Notes under the pieces: generated by a model | Database searches by the model: none | Seen by the model: the letters and a program-made list of their open reading frames with translations, nothing else | What the model was told of the DNA's origin: nothing | Assembly: GCA_964589175.1 (NCBI GenBank) | Contig: CAZPRY010000007.1 | Location: forward strand, 52,938 to 116,937 | Source of the DNA: an uncultured bacterium | GTDB taxonomy: Bacteria; Fidelibacterota; UBA2242 | Length of the DNA: 64,000 nucleotides | Direction: 5' to 3' | Translations under genes and position numbers: made by a program | In this document: piece after piece, positions 1 through 9,355 of the stretch | Position numbering within the stretch: position 1 is the first letter of the stretch | How the letters are laid out: every line of letters starts with the position of its first letter

Positions 1-1070
1 ATTCGGCGATCTCCTTGGAAAGCGGGGCCCCTCCGGAGATAAACCGCTCCAACCGGCCGCCCGTTTTCTTGTGCAGCTTGCTGAAGACCAGTTTATCGGC
101 CAGCGCCAGACGTCGCTGATCCCACCAGTTGAGTTCCTCTTGCTGGATGATGGCATTCATGCGCTTCTTGCCGATTTTCAGGGCCCAATGGAAGATTTTC
201 TTCTTGAGATTCGAACCGGCCTGAACACCGGACATTACGGTCGCATAAATCTTTTCGAAGAGACGCGGCACGCTGACTAAAATGGTCGGCTGCACTTCAG
301 ACATATTCTGCAGCACCGTCTCGACACTCTCCGCAAACCCGATCGTCGCCCCGAGGATCATCGGCACATAGTATCCTCCCATCCTCTCCAAAACATGACT
401 GAGCGGCAGAAAAGACAGAAATACATCGCTGGGAAAAATCTGGATAATCTGGATGCTGTTTTCGACATCCTTTACAAAATTGGCATGGCTGAGCATGACG
501 CCTTTGGGAACCCCCGTGGTACCGGATGTATAGTTGATGCAGGCCAGATCATCGTCTCCGATCTGCTGCAGTAGATGATCGAACCAATCCGGTGTCCTCC
601 GGAGCAAGTCCATTCCTTGTATTTTCATTTCTTCCAGGCTTATCGTATTCTCCGCTTCGACACACTTATCGAAAGTAATGATGCGTTCAAAATGGTAACC
701 GCTGTCCATAACTTTCTGATACATTTCCAGGCTGGAAACAAAGATCGCCCGCGGTTTGGAATGCTCAAACAGGACCTGAATCTGCGGAACCGTCAGAGTC
801 GGATAAATCGGAACTGAAACGGCTCCGATGGAGAGGTTCGCCATGTCGGCCATGATCCATTCTTCACGGTTCTCCGACATAAGCGCCAAAATATCTCCCT
901 TTTTAAAGCCCCATGAATCCAGGACAAGGGCGATACTCTGCACGATTTTGCCCAATTCCCCGTATGTAACCGGCCGGTAGATCCCATCTATTTTGGACAG
1001 CAGCGCAGCTTTCTGGCGGTATTCGCGCACATTCGCGAAAAACCGTTGCGGTATAACTTTTGAATTCATC
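1..1070 (-). CDS. Long-chain-fatty-acid--CoA ligase (AMP-dependent synthetase/ligase), C-terminally truncated by the window edge
   Basis: Read by hand on the minus strand; it is not in the ORF track because it runs off the window. The start is ATG at 1068-1070 (MNSKVIPQRFFANVREYRQKAALLSKIDGIYRPVTYGELGKIV...). The AMP-binding signature INYTSGTTGVPKGVMLSHAN is encoded around 481-540. Confidence 0.85.
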
Positions 1071-1136
1071 CTAACCCCCTCAAATTTGTAGTTTGAATTT
1101 GTCAGCATAGTCCCTAAATTTGCAGGCCTTTGGATT

Positions 1137-1226
1137 GGAGAGGTGGCCGAGCTGGCTTAAGGCGCTCGCCTGCTAAGTGAGTATCCTGAGAAATCGGGAT
1201 CCCGGGTTCGAATCCCGGCCTCTCCG
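1137..1226 (+). tRNA. tRNA-Ser (anticodon GCU)
   Basis: Cloverleaf: acceptor GGAGAGG/CCTCTCC, D-arm GCC..GGC, anticodon stem CTCGC/GTGAG, loop CUGCUAA giving anticodon GCU. A long variable arm (TATCCTGAGAAATCGGGAT) is typical of Ser. T-arm CCGGG-TTCGAAT-CCCGG, discriminator G. CCA is not encoded. Confidence 0.85.
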
Positions 1227-1311
1227 CAAAAAATAACACCAGCTTTGTTCCCCATAAATTATCGCCTGCAAGTGCGCTAAAATTACGGGATTTATTTAAA
1301 CTTCCCAATTA

Positions 1312-2043
1312 TTAGATCGCGATCACGATTAAATCATAGAGAGTATGACTGTAAGCCGCGATTCCGAATCCGCGCAGGGCGTAGATGACCGCCAAAAAAA
1401 TACCGGCCAGGAAACGGATGATAAACGAGCGTGGATCGAAGGTATCGCCGAACGGGCCCAGATAATGGAACCAGGAGAAGATAAAAGACGAGAAAATCAC
1501 CGCGATTACAACGGCCAGACCGGCAGGCAGGGATAGAATATTTTTTAAGAAGAAAACCGATCCGCTGATCAGTACCACCCGGAAGATGAATTCTTCGTAA
1601 ACCCCGGCCCCCAAAGCCAGTGCGATCAGATGTTTGCCGGCCGCCTTCGGTCCGGCCTGCAGGGTAAAATTGCCGACTTTATCCACGATGATAAAAAGCA
1701 GCATGGCGTAGAGGCAGCTTTCCAGCAACATGAGCAGGAAGAAGCGCTTGTCGAATTTGCCGGATGGCTTTGATCGGGAATGGAAGTAGAAGGCGATGAT
1801 CAGGGCCAACAGTACGATAAAACCCACCAGGTAAAATCCGTAAATATTGAAAACCGAAAAAAACTGACGAAAGAGTACATCGGCCCCGTTGCGCATGCCC
1901 ATGATATCGGAATGATTCAGCGAGAACATCATCGCTTCGTAACCAAAAATCAGGGGAATTGTAAAGAGCAGACTGTAGAAAGCGGATTTGGATTGATGGA
2001 AATAATTGGCGAACAGCCGGACGATCTGCCGAAAACCGTTCAT
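1312..2043 (-). CDS. CPBP family intramembrane metalloprotease (CAAX protease/Abi domain)
   Basis: Multi-pass hydrophobic protein carrying the CPBP motifs EEFIFR (EExxxR) and FSxxFH (FSWFHY). I placed the start at the internal Met (MNGFRQIV, ATG at 2041-2043), because the longer ORF to 2184 would overlap the lepA 3' end. Confidence 0.7.
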   Translation of the reverse strand: MNGFRQIVRLFANYFHQSKSAFYSLLFTIPLIFGYEAMMFSLNHSDIMGMRNGADVLFRQFFSVFNIYGFYLVGFIVLLALIIAFYFHSRSKPSGKFDKRFFLLMLLESCLYAMLLFIIVDKVGNFTLQAGPKAAGKHLIALALGAGVYEEFIFRVVLISGSVFFLKNILSLPAGLAVVIAVIFSSFIFSWFHYLGPFGDTFDPRSFIIRFLAGIFLAVIYALRGFGIAAYSHTLYDLIVIAI

Positions 2044-2048
2044 CGGGA

Positions 2049-3881
2049 TCAGCGTTCCATTTTCAGGACGGCCAGAAAGGCTTCCTGCGGGATTTCCACC
2101 CTTCCGACCTGCTTCATACGGCGTTTCCCCTCTTTCTGCTTTTCGAGCAGTTTTCGCTTGCGGGTAATATCGCCGCCATAGCATTTGGCCGTCACGTTTT
2201 TGCGCAACGGTTTGACGGTGGAACGCGCGATGACCTTGCTGCCGATTGCAGCCTGGATCGCCACTTCAAACATCTGGCGCGGTATCAGTTCTTTGAGTTT
2301 GCGGCATAGCTCCTGCCCCTGATGAAAGGCGTTATCCCGGTGAACAATCAGGGATAATGCATCGACCGGTTCGGCGGAGAGCAGGATATCCAGCTTGACG
2401 AGATCACCGGGCCGGAATCCAATCTGTTCGTAATCAAAAGAGGCGTAACCTCTGGAAACCGATTTGAGTTTATCGTAAAAATCGTAGACGATTTCGCCCA
2501 ATGGAAGTTCGTAAACCAGCTGGACCTTTTCGGCATCGAGATAGTGCGTGCTCTTGTAGATACCCCGCCGATCCTGACAAAGCTTCAATATATTCCCCAG
2601 ATAGGTCGTCGGGACGATAATCTCGGCCTTCACATAGGGTTCGTGAATACCTTCAATGTCACCGACCGGCGGCATCTGGGACGGATTGTTGATTTCGATT
2701 CGGGCGCCGTTTCTCTGAAATGCCACGTACTTCACATTCGGCATGGTGGTGATCAGGTTCAGATTAAATTCCCGCTCCAGCCGTTCCTGCACCACTTCCA
2801 TGTGCAGCAATCCGAGATAGCCGCAGCGAAACCCGAAACCCAGGGCGTTGGATGTTTCCGGCTCATAGATCAGCGAAGAGTCGTTCAACTTCATCTTTTC
2901 CAGCGCATTGCGTAAATCTTCGAAGTTCTCGCTATCCACGGGATACATCCCGCTGAAGACCATCGGCTTGATTTCCTGGTAACCGGCCAGCGGTTCCGTC
3001 GCCGGGTGGATCCTGGTCGTGATGGTATCGCCAACGTTGATATTGGAGATGTCCTTAATGGCTCCGACGATGTAGCCGACATCACCGGCCTGGAGGGTGT
3101 CCGCTTTGAGCCGTTTCATCTTAAAATGACCGACTTCCGTCACTTCGTACACCGAATTATTGGAGAAGAAGCGGATGACGTCGCCGGCTTTAACCTGACC
3201 TTCAAATACGCGTATGTAGGGAATCGCGCCCCGGAAGGCATCATACGTGGAATCGAAAATCAGCGCCCGCAGTGGTTTATCCGGTATTTTTTCAGGGGAT
3301 GGAATTCGCTCGATGATAGCTGCAAAAACGTCCGCCAATCCCAAACCTGTCTTGGCACTGGTCAGGATAATCTCTTCCTCGTCGCAGCCAATCAAATCCA
3401 TAATCTGGTGTTTGGCATGCTCTACCTGCGCACCGGGCAGATCAACCTTATTGATAATCGGGATGATAACCAGGTCGTTCTCAATAGCCAGATAGGCGTT
3501 GCTGACCGTCTGAGCCTCGACGCCCTGGGCCGCATCAACCAGGAGCAGCGCCCCTTCACAGGCGGCCAGACTGCGGGATACCTCATAAGTGAAATCCACA
3601 TGCCCGGGTGTATCGATCAGGTTCAGGATGTAGTTTACGCCTTTCGGATCCCGGTATTCCATCTGGATCGGATGGGATTTAATCGTGATCCCACGCTCGC
3701 GTTCGAGATCCATATCATCCAGCACCTGGGCTTTCATATCGCGCTGGCTGATCGTATGGGTGAATTCCAGCATGCGATCGGCCAGAGTTGATTTTCCGTG
3801 ATCTATGTGAGCAATGATAGAAAAATTTCGAATGCGATTATCCATAGCCAAAAATTTATCGAAAATCTCTCCTCGAAACAA
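2049..3881 (-). CDS. lepA: Elongation factor 4 (LepA)
   Basis: 610 aa with a translational GTPase N-terminus [18 protein letters not shown], the DTPGHVDF and NKVD motifs, and the LepA-specific C-terminal domain. Confidence 0.95.
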   Translation of the reverse strand: MFRGEIFDKFLAMDNRIRNFSIIAHIDHGKSTLADRMLEFTHTISQRDMKAQVLDDMDLERERGITIKSHPIQMEYRDPKGVNYILNLIDTPGHVDFTYEVSRSLAACEGALLLVDAAQGVEAQTVSNAYLAIENDLVIIPIINKVDLPGAQVEHAKHQIMDLIGCDEEEIILTSAKTGLGLADVFAAIIERIPSPEKIPDKPLRALIFDSTYDAFRGAIPYIRVFEGQVKAGDVIRFFSNNSVYEVTEVGHFKMKRLKADTLQAGDVGYIVGAIKDISNINVGDTITTRIHPATEPLAGYQEIKPMVFSGMYPVDSENFEDLRNALEKMKLNDSSLIYEPETSNALGFGFRCGYLGLLHMEVVQERLEREFNLNLITTMPNVKYVAFQRNGARIEINNPSQMPPVGDIEGIHEPYVKAEIIVPTTYLGNILKLCQDRRGIYKSTHYLDAEKVQLVYELPLGEIVYDFYDKLKSVSRGYASFDYEQIGFRPGDLVKLDILLSAEPVDALSLIVHRDNAFHQGQELCRKLKELIPRQMFEVAIQAAIGSKVIARSTVKPLRKNVTAKCYGGDITRKRKLLEKQKEGKRRMKQVGRVEIPQEAFLAVLKMER

Positions 3882-3932
3882 GAAGGGTTTTGTCTATCTC
3901 CACGGATAAATTCAGCGCTGAAGGTAACGGAT

Positions 3933-4529
3933 TTATTGCGCTTCCGTCCGGTAAAGCTGATGTTCGCAAATATAGGCCTCTACCGCAGGGTTGACCAGGT
4001 AGCGGATCGACTCTCCGCACCGTAGTTTCTCCCTGATCCGGCTGGAGGAAATTTCGATCACCGGCGATTGTATGAATTGCACTTCCGCCAGGAATTCCGG
4101 CTGTACGCGGCCGGGATCGAAGCCGGGGCGAGGAGCCACCAGAAGTGTGACGCGTCTCAGTATTTCCTGCGGTTGACGCCACCTGTGCAACTCCATCAAA
4201 CTGTCGCTGCCGATCAGAAAATAGAAATCCTCGCGGGATAAATGATACACACGGTTGATTGCATTGATCGTATCGATGGTGTAGGAGATGTCTGCGCGGT
4301 CGGCTTCCAGCGTGGACAGTTCGAAGCGCGGATTACCGGCAATCGCCAGTCTGACCATCGCGACTCGATGCTGAATTGCGCTGCAGTCCTGAGACGACTT
4401 GTGCGGCGCCAGATATGCCGGTAAAAATAGAATTTTATCCAGTCCGAACTGATCTAATAGCGACTCCGCAATTATCGCGTGCGCAATATGGGGAGGATCG
4501 AAGGTTCCGCCGTACAGACAGAGGCTCAT
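3933..4529 (-). CDS. nadD: Nicotinate-nucleotide adenylyltransferase
   Basis: 198 aa. The N-terminus LYGGTFDPPHIAHA is the (H/T)xGH nucleotidyltransferase motif characteristic of NadD, and there is a C-terminal SSSRIR motif. Confidence 0.85.
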   Translation of the reverse strand: MSLCLYGGTFDPPHIAHAIIAESLLDQFGLDKILFLPAYLAPHKSSQDCSAIQHRVAMVRLAIAGNPRFELSTLEADRADISYTIDTINAINRVYHLSREDFYFLIGSDSLMELHRWRQPQEILRRVTLLVAPRPGFDPGRVQPEFLAEVQFIQSPVIEISSSRIREKLRCGESIRYLVNPAVEAYICEHQLYRTEAQ

Positions 4530-5329
4530 TGGGGAGACTTCTTTTCCTGTTCCTTCTGAATTTTCTTCTGCTCTTTATCCAGGGCTCGTTTCAGGACCAT
4601 CAGTTTGTCTTTCCTGGCCGTCAAATCTTCTTTCGCCTGCAGATCGCCGAGCAGAGTTTCATACTCCTCAAATTTCCGCAGATGGATCAGACACAGCGCC
4701 TTGTCGAGTTTGGCAGGTATCGCCCATTGGCTGTCGTAATACGTGGCGAGTAAATTATCGAAGTAAATAATAGCCGATTCCCATTCCTGAAGTTTGATAT
4801 AGAGAACCCCGGATTCATAATTTTTGCGCGCCAGTTTATTGCGTATATCCCGAATCTTCTCTTCAACCTCGCTGCGATATTTACTCTGCGGGTAAGAATC
4901 CAGAAATTCCTGGAGTGACTGCAAGGCCCGCTCGGTATTGGTCTGATCGCGTTGATACCGGGGAGATAAATTATAGTAACAACGGGCTATTTTATAGGCT
5001 CCGTCTTCCGCCAGCGGGCTGTAGCTGTAGCGCTCCGTCAGGGCCTGGTATTCGGAAATCGCCAGTAAATAGTCTTTTTTCTGAAAGTAACTCTCGCCGA
5101 CATAATATTGAGCGTCATCCGCCAACTCGCCGCCGGGGCTGTTCAGCAGCACCAGGTTGAAACTCTGGATGGCCTTCTCCCAGCGCTTCTTCTTGAATTG
5201 CTCCATGCCCTGTTCATAGTATTTCGTGTAGTCGCTGAAGGCCTGGGGCTTGACATCCGCACAGCGCATGAAAATCAGGGCAAACAGACCTGCCAGTAAA
5301 CCCGTAAGATACCGCTTCATTTTTATCAT
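4526..5329 (-). CDS. TPR-repeat outer-membrane assembly factor BamD-like protein (YfiO family)
   Basis: Signal peptide followed by TPR-like repeats with a BamD-like pattern (YYVGESYF...AISEYQALTERY...YPQSKY...). It ends in a K/E-rich tail. It overlaps the nadD start by 4 nt. Confidence 0.6.
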   Translation of the reverse strand: MIKMKRYLTGLLAGLFALIFMRCADVKPQAFSDYTKYYEQGMEQFKKKRWEKAIQSFNLVLLNSPGGELADDAQYYVGESYFQKKDYLLAISEYQALTERYSYSPLAEDGAYKIARCYYNLSPRYQRDQTNTERALQSLQEFLDSYPQSKYRSEVEEKIRDIRNKLARKNYESGVLYIKLQEWESAIIYFDNLLATYYDSQWAIPAKLDKALCLIHLRKFEEYETLLGDLQAKEDLTARKDKLMVLKRALDKEQKKIQKEQEKKSPQ

Positions 5330-5382
5330 AAATTCATTTCACCTATGGTGATTCCGTTATTTTACTAATTCTATTTGCCCGG

Positions 5383-6309
5383 CTAGAACGCCAGATTGAG
5401 GCTGACACCGCGCAACGGATTACGCTGGCGATAGTCAGTGATCAGGCCGAGGTGCCAGCTGACCTGGGTTTCCCCTTTAAATTTTTTGGCCGCGATATTA
5501 GCGTCGAAGGCGCTGATCAGGTGGTTAAACATCAGGACAGTCACAAAATTGGTCGCCATCTTGAGCGCATCGTTTGATTCTTTACGCTGGGTCAAATAAT
5601 CATTCCGGTAATCATTCATATATAACGTATCTGGTTCGGTTCCATTATTCTTTACTCCGAAATCATCCCAGCCACCGGCAAACTGGTCGTATTTCCCGAT
5701 ATTCTCGTAAAAATCGCGAGTCTTGATTGGGGTGATATCATCGCTACCGCTCGCCATCAGGGAAACCCAGCCCGGAACATACTTATTCAGCGTGTCCGCC
5801 TGGGCCATATATTCCTGTTCGTTGTATTCGACGTAGATGTGATGCGATCCGAAATTCTTACTATGGTATCCGCTCGGGCCGGACATGGTGTTCCAGAGAT
5901 TATTGGCCCATTCCTGGATGTTCCAGTGGGTGTCGGCGTAATCCTCAAAATCTCCTTCCAGGCGCAGACCGCGGGATTTGCTACCGTACCACAGGCCCCA
6001 GCCGGCGGCCTCAATCCCGGCATAGATCAAGGCTCTCCACTTGGCCCCGGCGTACAATTGGCCGGTACCCGGAACTACGGCTGAGAACAGAAAGGCCCGT
6101 CCGGGAGATTTGATATATTGAAAAGTGGTATCAACACCCTCATCGGATTCCCCGTACTTCAGCTGGTTTATGAATTGGCCGCGCAGGACCGAATTCTGAT
6201 CCTGATTTGCGGGGAGTTCCTGGGCCCCCGCCAAGCTCAGGATCAAGGCAACTGTCAAAACAATCAGGGTTAGTATTCTGCTGCTCATCTTACCTCCATC
6301 AAAGTCCAA
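5383..6309 (-). CDS. Secreted hypothetical protein with a conserved SAVVPGTGQLYAG motif (DUF5683-like)
   Basis: An N-terminal signal/TM segment is followed by FLFSAVVPGTGQLYAGAKWRALIYAGIE, which resembles the DUF5683 core. The alternative start at 6288 (MSSRIL) avoids an 11-nt overlap with the upstream gene. Confidence 0.55.
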   Translation of the reverse strand: MDFDGGKMSSRILTLIVLTVALILSLAGAQELPANQDQNSVLRGQFINQLKYGESDEGVDTTFQYIKSPGRAFLFSAVVPGTGQLYAGAKWRALIYAGIEAAGWGLWYGSKSRGLRLEGDFEDYADTHWNIQEWANNLWNTMSGPSGYHSKNFGSHHIYVEYNEQEYMAQADTLNKYVPGWVSLMASGSDDITPIKTRDFYENIGKYDQFAGGWDDFGVKNNGTEPDTLYMNDYRNDYLTQRKESNDALKMATNFVTVLMFNHLISAFDANIAAKKFKGETQVSWHLGLITDYRQRNPLRGVSLNLAF

Positions 6310-9300
6310 ATAAAATTGTTATGTATGTTCGCCATTCACCGCCATAAATATGCGCCTCATCGCGCCTGTCGATAAGCTCAAATTTATCCAATCCGTAGAC
6401 AAAGTCTAGACTTATTGCGGTCGGATAGGCATAAAATGAAAATCCGCTGAAACGCAACTGCATGCCCACGTCGGTTTTAAAATCCGCCGTGATCTGTTGA
6501 ATAACATCCGCCGGGCTATTCGCAAATTTCTTCCAGCCCAGTTGGGGATAGTCCTCAACCTGGCTCCAGGCATTACCGGTCTCCACGTACGCGCCGACAA
6601 ATGCGTTCTGCAGATTGAATACGCCCAATTGCATGTTTTTTTCAACAAACAGCGGGTGGCGCACGGTGTAATGAAAGGTCAACAGATTACGCCCTTCAAT
6701 GCTGTAAAACGGGTAGCCTCTCAGCCCCGGCAGCCCTCCGGCGAAGAAATGGAAAAACGAATCCACATCCGGCATGCTGATCCAACCCAAACGCCATTTG
6801 AAATTTCCGACCATCTTTTTTAGAACGGGATACTTATGGTAAACGTTCCCTTCATGATCGATTTTCCAGTAATAATTTTTACGAAAAATTTCCCTCAGGG
6901 TGCCGAAATCCTCATAAATCCCGAATTCCTGCATGAAATTGTCGAAGTTGCGCGAAATGTTGGTGGTCATTTCGAAGCCGTTATCGGGATTCGTCTCGGA
7001 GTTGACATTGGGCAGGATTTTGCGCTTGTTCCAGCTCAGTTTCAGATAACTACCGCGATAGTAATCATAGGTAAATCCGGAACTGTAAATTCCCTGAGAT
7101 TCGATCCTCTCATCCGTGCTGGTCCGGTAACGGGCCAGCCCTGCGTCGAGACGCAGGTGGTTGAAACCGTCGATCGGGCGCGATACACCGAAGATGGCCT
7201 CGGTCAGGTAGAAGGTATAATCGGTATTGATCGGGTAACCCTTCCAGGTCAGCTTCTGGTTGAGAATATTGCGGCTGATATTGTAAAATTCGAGGAAAAA
7301 GGTGGGCTCCCACTGATGATACTCGAGCGTTACGAATAGATCACGGTCGCCGATCCGGTTCAACGAGGCCGTACCGAAAATGCTGAAGCGCTCCAGAATC
7401 TCCGAGGAATAGAAATAGAAACCCGGTTTGGCGGTACCGTAATCGATCATCAATTTGGGTAGAATGAAAATCTTGGCGAACTGGTCCCGGTACTTCTGGG
7501 GTTCGGGGAAATCCTGCTGCACCACGGCCATCATCGCCGGCTCCTGCATCGGCTCCGGAAAGTACACGGCCTCTTGCGCCGCAAGTACGGCAACCGTATC
7601 CAGCCGCGCGACTTTAAAAGCCGAATTATCGAACAGCGCAAAAACCAGCTGCCCTTGCCGGTTGACGGCCGGCATCATCGCGCCGCCGACAACATTGGTC
7701 AGCAGTTCCGTCTCCCCCGTCGCCAGTAAGCGCCGGTAGATGTTGAAAATCCCGGTCTGGTCGGAGGCGTAATACAACCATCGGCCGTCAGGGCTGTAGT
7801 AGGGATTGCGTGTATCCCAGTCGTGCCCGTCGAAAATTGTCATGGAATCCGATTCCAGGTGATACACGGAGATGTCGCGGCCGTGATTCAGGGTGTAATC
7901 GAAGGCAATCCGTTTCCCGTCCGGCGCCCAGTGGACGGAGAAGAGTTCGATACCGTCGTCAAAATGGGTCAGCTGCTTTTCTTCCCGGGATTCGAGGTCA
8001 AGCAGCACCAGGTTGGAAGTGCCGTCTTCCCCGGTGATGAACACGATTTTCTTGCCGTCGGGTGAAAGCGCGGGCAGATAAGCCCGGCGAAATTTAGTGA
8101 TCTGCTTTTCTTTTTTGGTGTGTAAATCATAGTGGTAAATATCAAAATAGACCGAGCCATGTTTATTGGGCTTGCTCTTTTTGGAATAATAAAGGTATTT
8201 GTTATCGGGTGAAAGACTGATCCGCGAATGCACTTCCGCCTTCAGCAGCCGGTCTTCGTTCGTCACCGCATTATGGACATATAACGAGGTCTGGCCGTAG
8301 TAATCACGACCTTTGTTGGAGAGATAATAAATCAGCGTGTCGGCACCCCATTCGGGATAGATCTGGGTTGTGCCATCCCCCAGAATTATTTCTCCGCTCA
8401 CCGCATGTTGCCGGATTCGTTCGGTCTTTGCGGCGTAATCTTTTTCAAGCGTGTTTTTCCAGTCCCGGTAAATTTCGTCAGCCGATACTCCGGTAGCCTT
8501 CTTCAGAGCGCTGGTAACAGAAAATTGCAGCGGTGCCGACAACAGGTCCATCATCCGCGGGCAAATTTCGGAACCGAAGCGCCCGGTCAAATATCGTACA
8601 AACGCATAGCCCTGGTTGTACACCGATTCGTTGCCGATGCCTCTTTTACCGAAGCTGCCCATTTGGTCGAGGCTCAGCAGGTGATGATTCAAAACACGGT
8701 CGCGCAGGAGCATGTCCCGGTGCGTATCCCAGAGATCGTTGGTCGATCCCGGGTACTGGAACTGCGCCACACCTTCCGCCAGCCACATCGGCATCACAAG
8801 GCCCGGCAGCGGGTAGGAGGCGATCACGCGCGGATAACCGTAAACGACATCGTCCCGCTTTTCATCCTCGTAGTCGATGACCTGCAGGTAGGCAGCCGGA
8901 ATACTGCGCGGTAATTTCATCGCCTTTTGCAGGCTGACGATATGGGCGAATTCATGCGCGATTACGTCTCTCAGCCACTGATGGTTGCCGCGCAGCAGGA
9001 AGTCCAGCGGCGTCGCCCAGAGCTCGATCTTATTGTCGTAATAATAGGTCGCGCCGTTCGAGTAATCATCATAATCCTTGACGTACAGGTGCGTCTTGGA
9101 ATCCGGTTCGAAATTGTAAAATGAAGTTATCGGACCGTAAACGGCCTCGCCGATTAGAGCCGTCTCTTTGGCGGTCCATTCCGCCCCTTCATGATAATGA
9201 ATTTTGAAGTGCGGAGTCTCGAAACTCAGCCAGTCCAATTCGGGATGATTATATCGTTCCTGAGCAAAGATTATAACCGTACCGATTAAAAGAGTCAATA

Positions 9301-9337
9301 TTGCAGATAGAATTTTCGGGAATATTTTTGCGATCAA
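6299..9337 (-). CDS. Omp85-superfamily outer-membrane protein with an N-terminal Peptidase_MA_2-like zincin domain and TolB/PD40 beta-propeller repeats, and no POTRA domains
   Basis: 1012 aa. Signal peptide; zincin motif HEFAH...WLAEGVAQF; PD40-like repeats (SPDGKKIVFI, WAPDGKRIAF, YSPDGRWLYYASD). The C-terminal barrel carries the Omp85 motif FAGGLPGLRGYPF. It is a paralog of the 25166-28276 protein. Confidence 0.7.
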   Translation of the reverse strand: MIAKIFPKILSAILTLLIGTVIIFAQERYNHPELDWLSFETPHFKIHYHEGAEWTAKETALIGEAVYGPITSFYNFEPDSKTHLYVKDYDDYSNGATYYYDNKIELWATPLDFLLRGNHQWLRDVIAHEFAHIVSLQKAMKLPRSIPAAYLQVIDYEDEKRDDVVYGYPRVIASYPLPGLVMPMWLAEGVAQFQYPGSTNDLWDTHRDMLLRDRVLNHHLLSLDQMGSFGKRGIGNESVYNQGYAFVRYLTGRFGSEICPRMMDLLSAPLQFSVTSALKKATGVSADEIYRDWKNTLEKDYAAKTERIRQHAVSGEIILGDGTTQIYPEWGADTLIYYLSNKGRDYYGQTSLYVHNAVTNEDRLLKAEVHSRISLSPDNKYLYYSKKSKPNKHGSVYFDIYHYDLHTKKEKQITKFRRAYLPALSPDGKKIVFITGEDGTSNLVLLDLESREEKQLTHFDDGIELFSVHWAPDGKRIAFDYTLNHGRDISVYHLESDSMTIFDGHDWDTRNPYYSPDGRWLYYASDQTGIFNIYRRLLATGETELLTNVVGGAMMPAVNRQGQLVFALFDNSAFKVARLDTVAVLAAQEAVYFPEPMQEPAMMAVVQQDFPEPQKYRDQFAKIFILPKLMIDYGTAKPGFYFYSSEILERFSIFGTASLNRIGDRDLFVTLEYHQWEPTFFLEFYNISRNILNQKLTWKGYPINTDYTFYLTEAIFGVSRPIDGFNHLRLDAGLARYRTSTDERIESQGIYSSGFTYDYYRGSYLKLSWNKRKILPNVNSETNPDNGFEMTTNISRNFDNFMQEFGIYEDFGTLREIFRKNYYWKIDHEGNVYHKYPVLKKMVGNFKWRLGWISMPDVDSFFHFFAGGLPGLRGYPFYSIEGRNLLTFHYTVRHPLFVEKNMQLGVFNLQNAFVGAYVETGNAWSQVEDYPQLGWKKFANSPADVIQQITADFKTDVGMQLRFSGFSFYAYPTAISLDFVYGLDKFELIDRRDEAHIYGGEWRTYITILFGL

Positions 9338-9355
9338 ATCTCAGCTCATTCTGTG

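Noticed and set aside
1312-2184. A 290-aa ORF extending the CAAX-protease-like gene upstream across the lepA 3' end
   Set aside because: The first 47 codons overlap the lepA coding sequence in another frame and are Arg/Gly/Pro-rich non-membrane sequence. The internal Met at 2043 gives a clean start 5 nt after the lepA stop.
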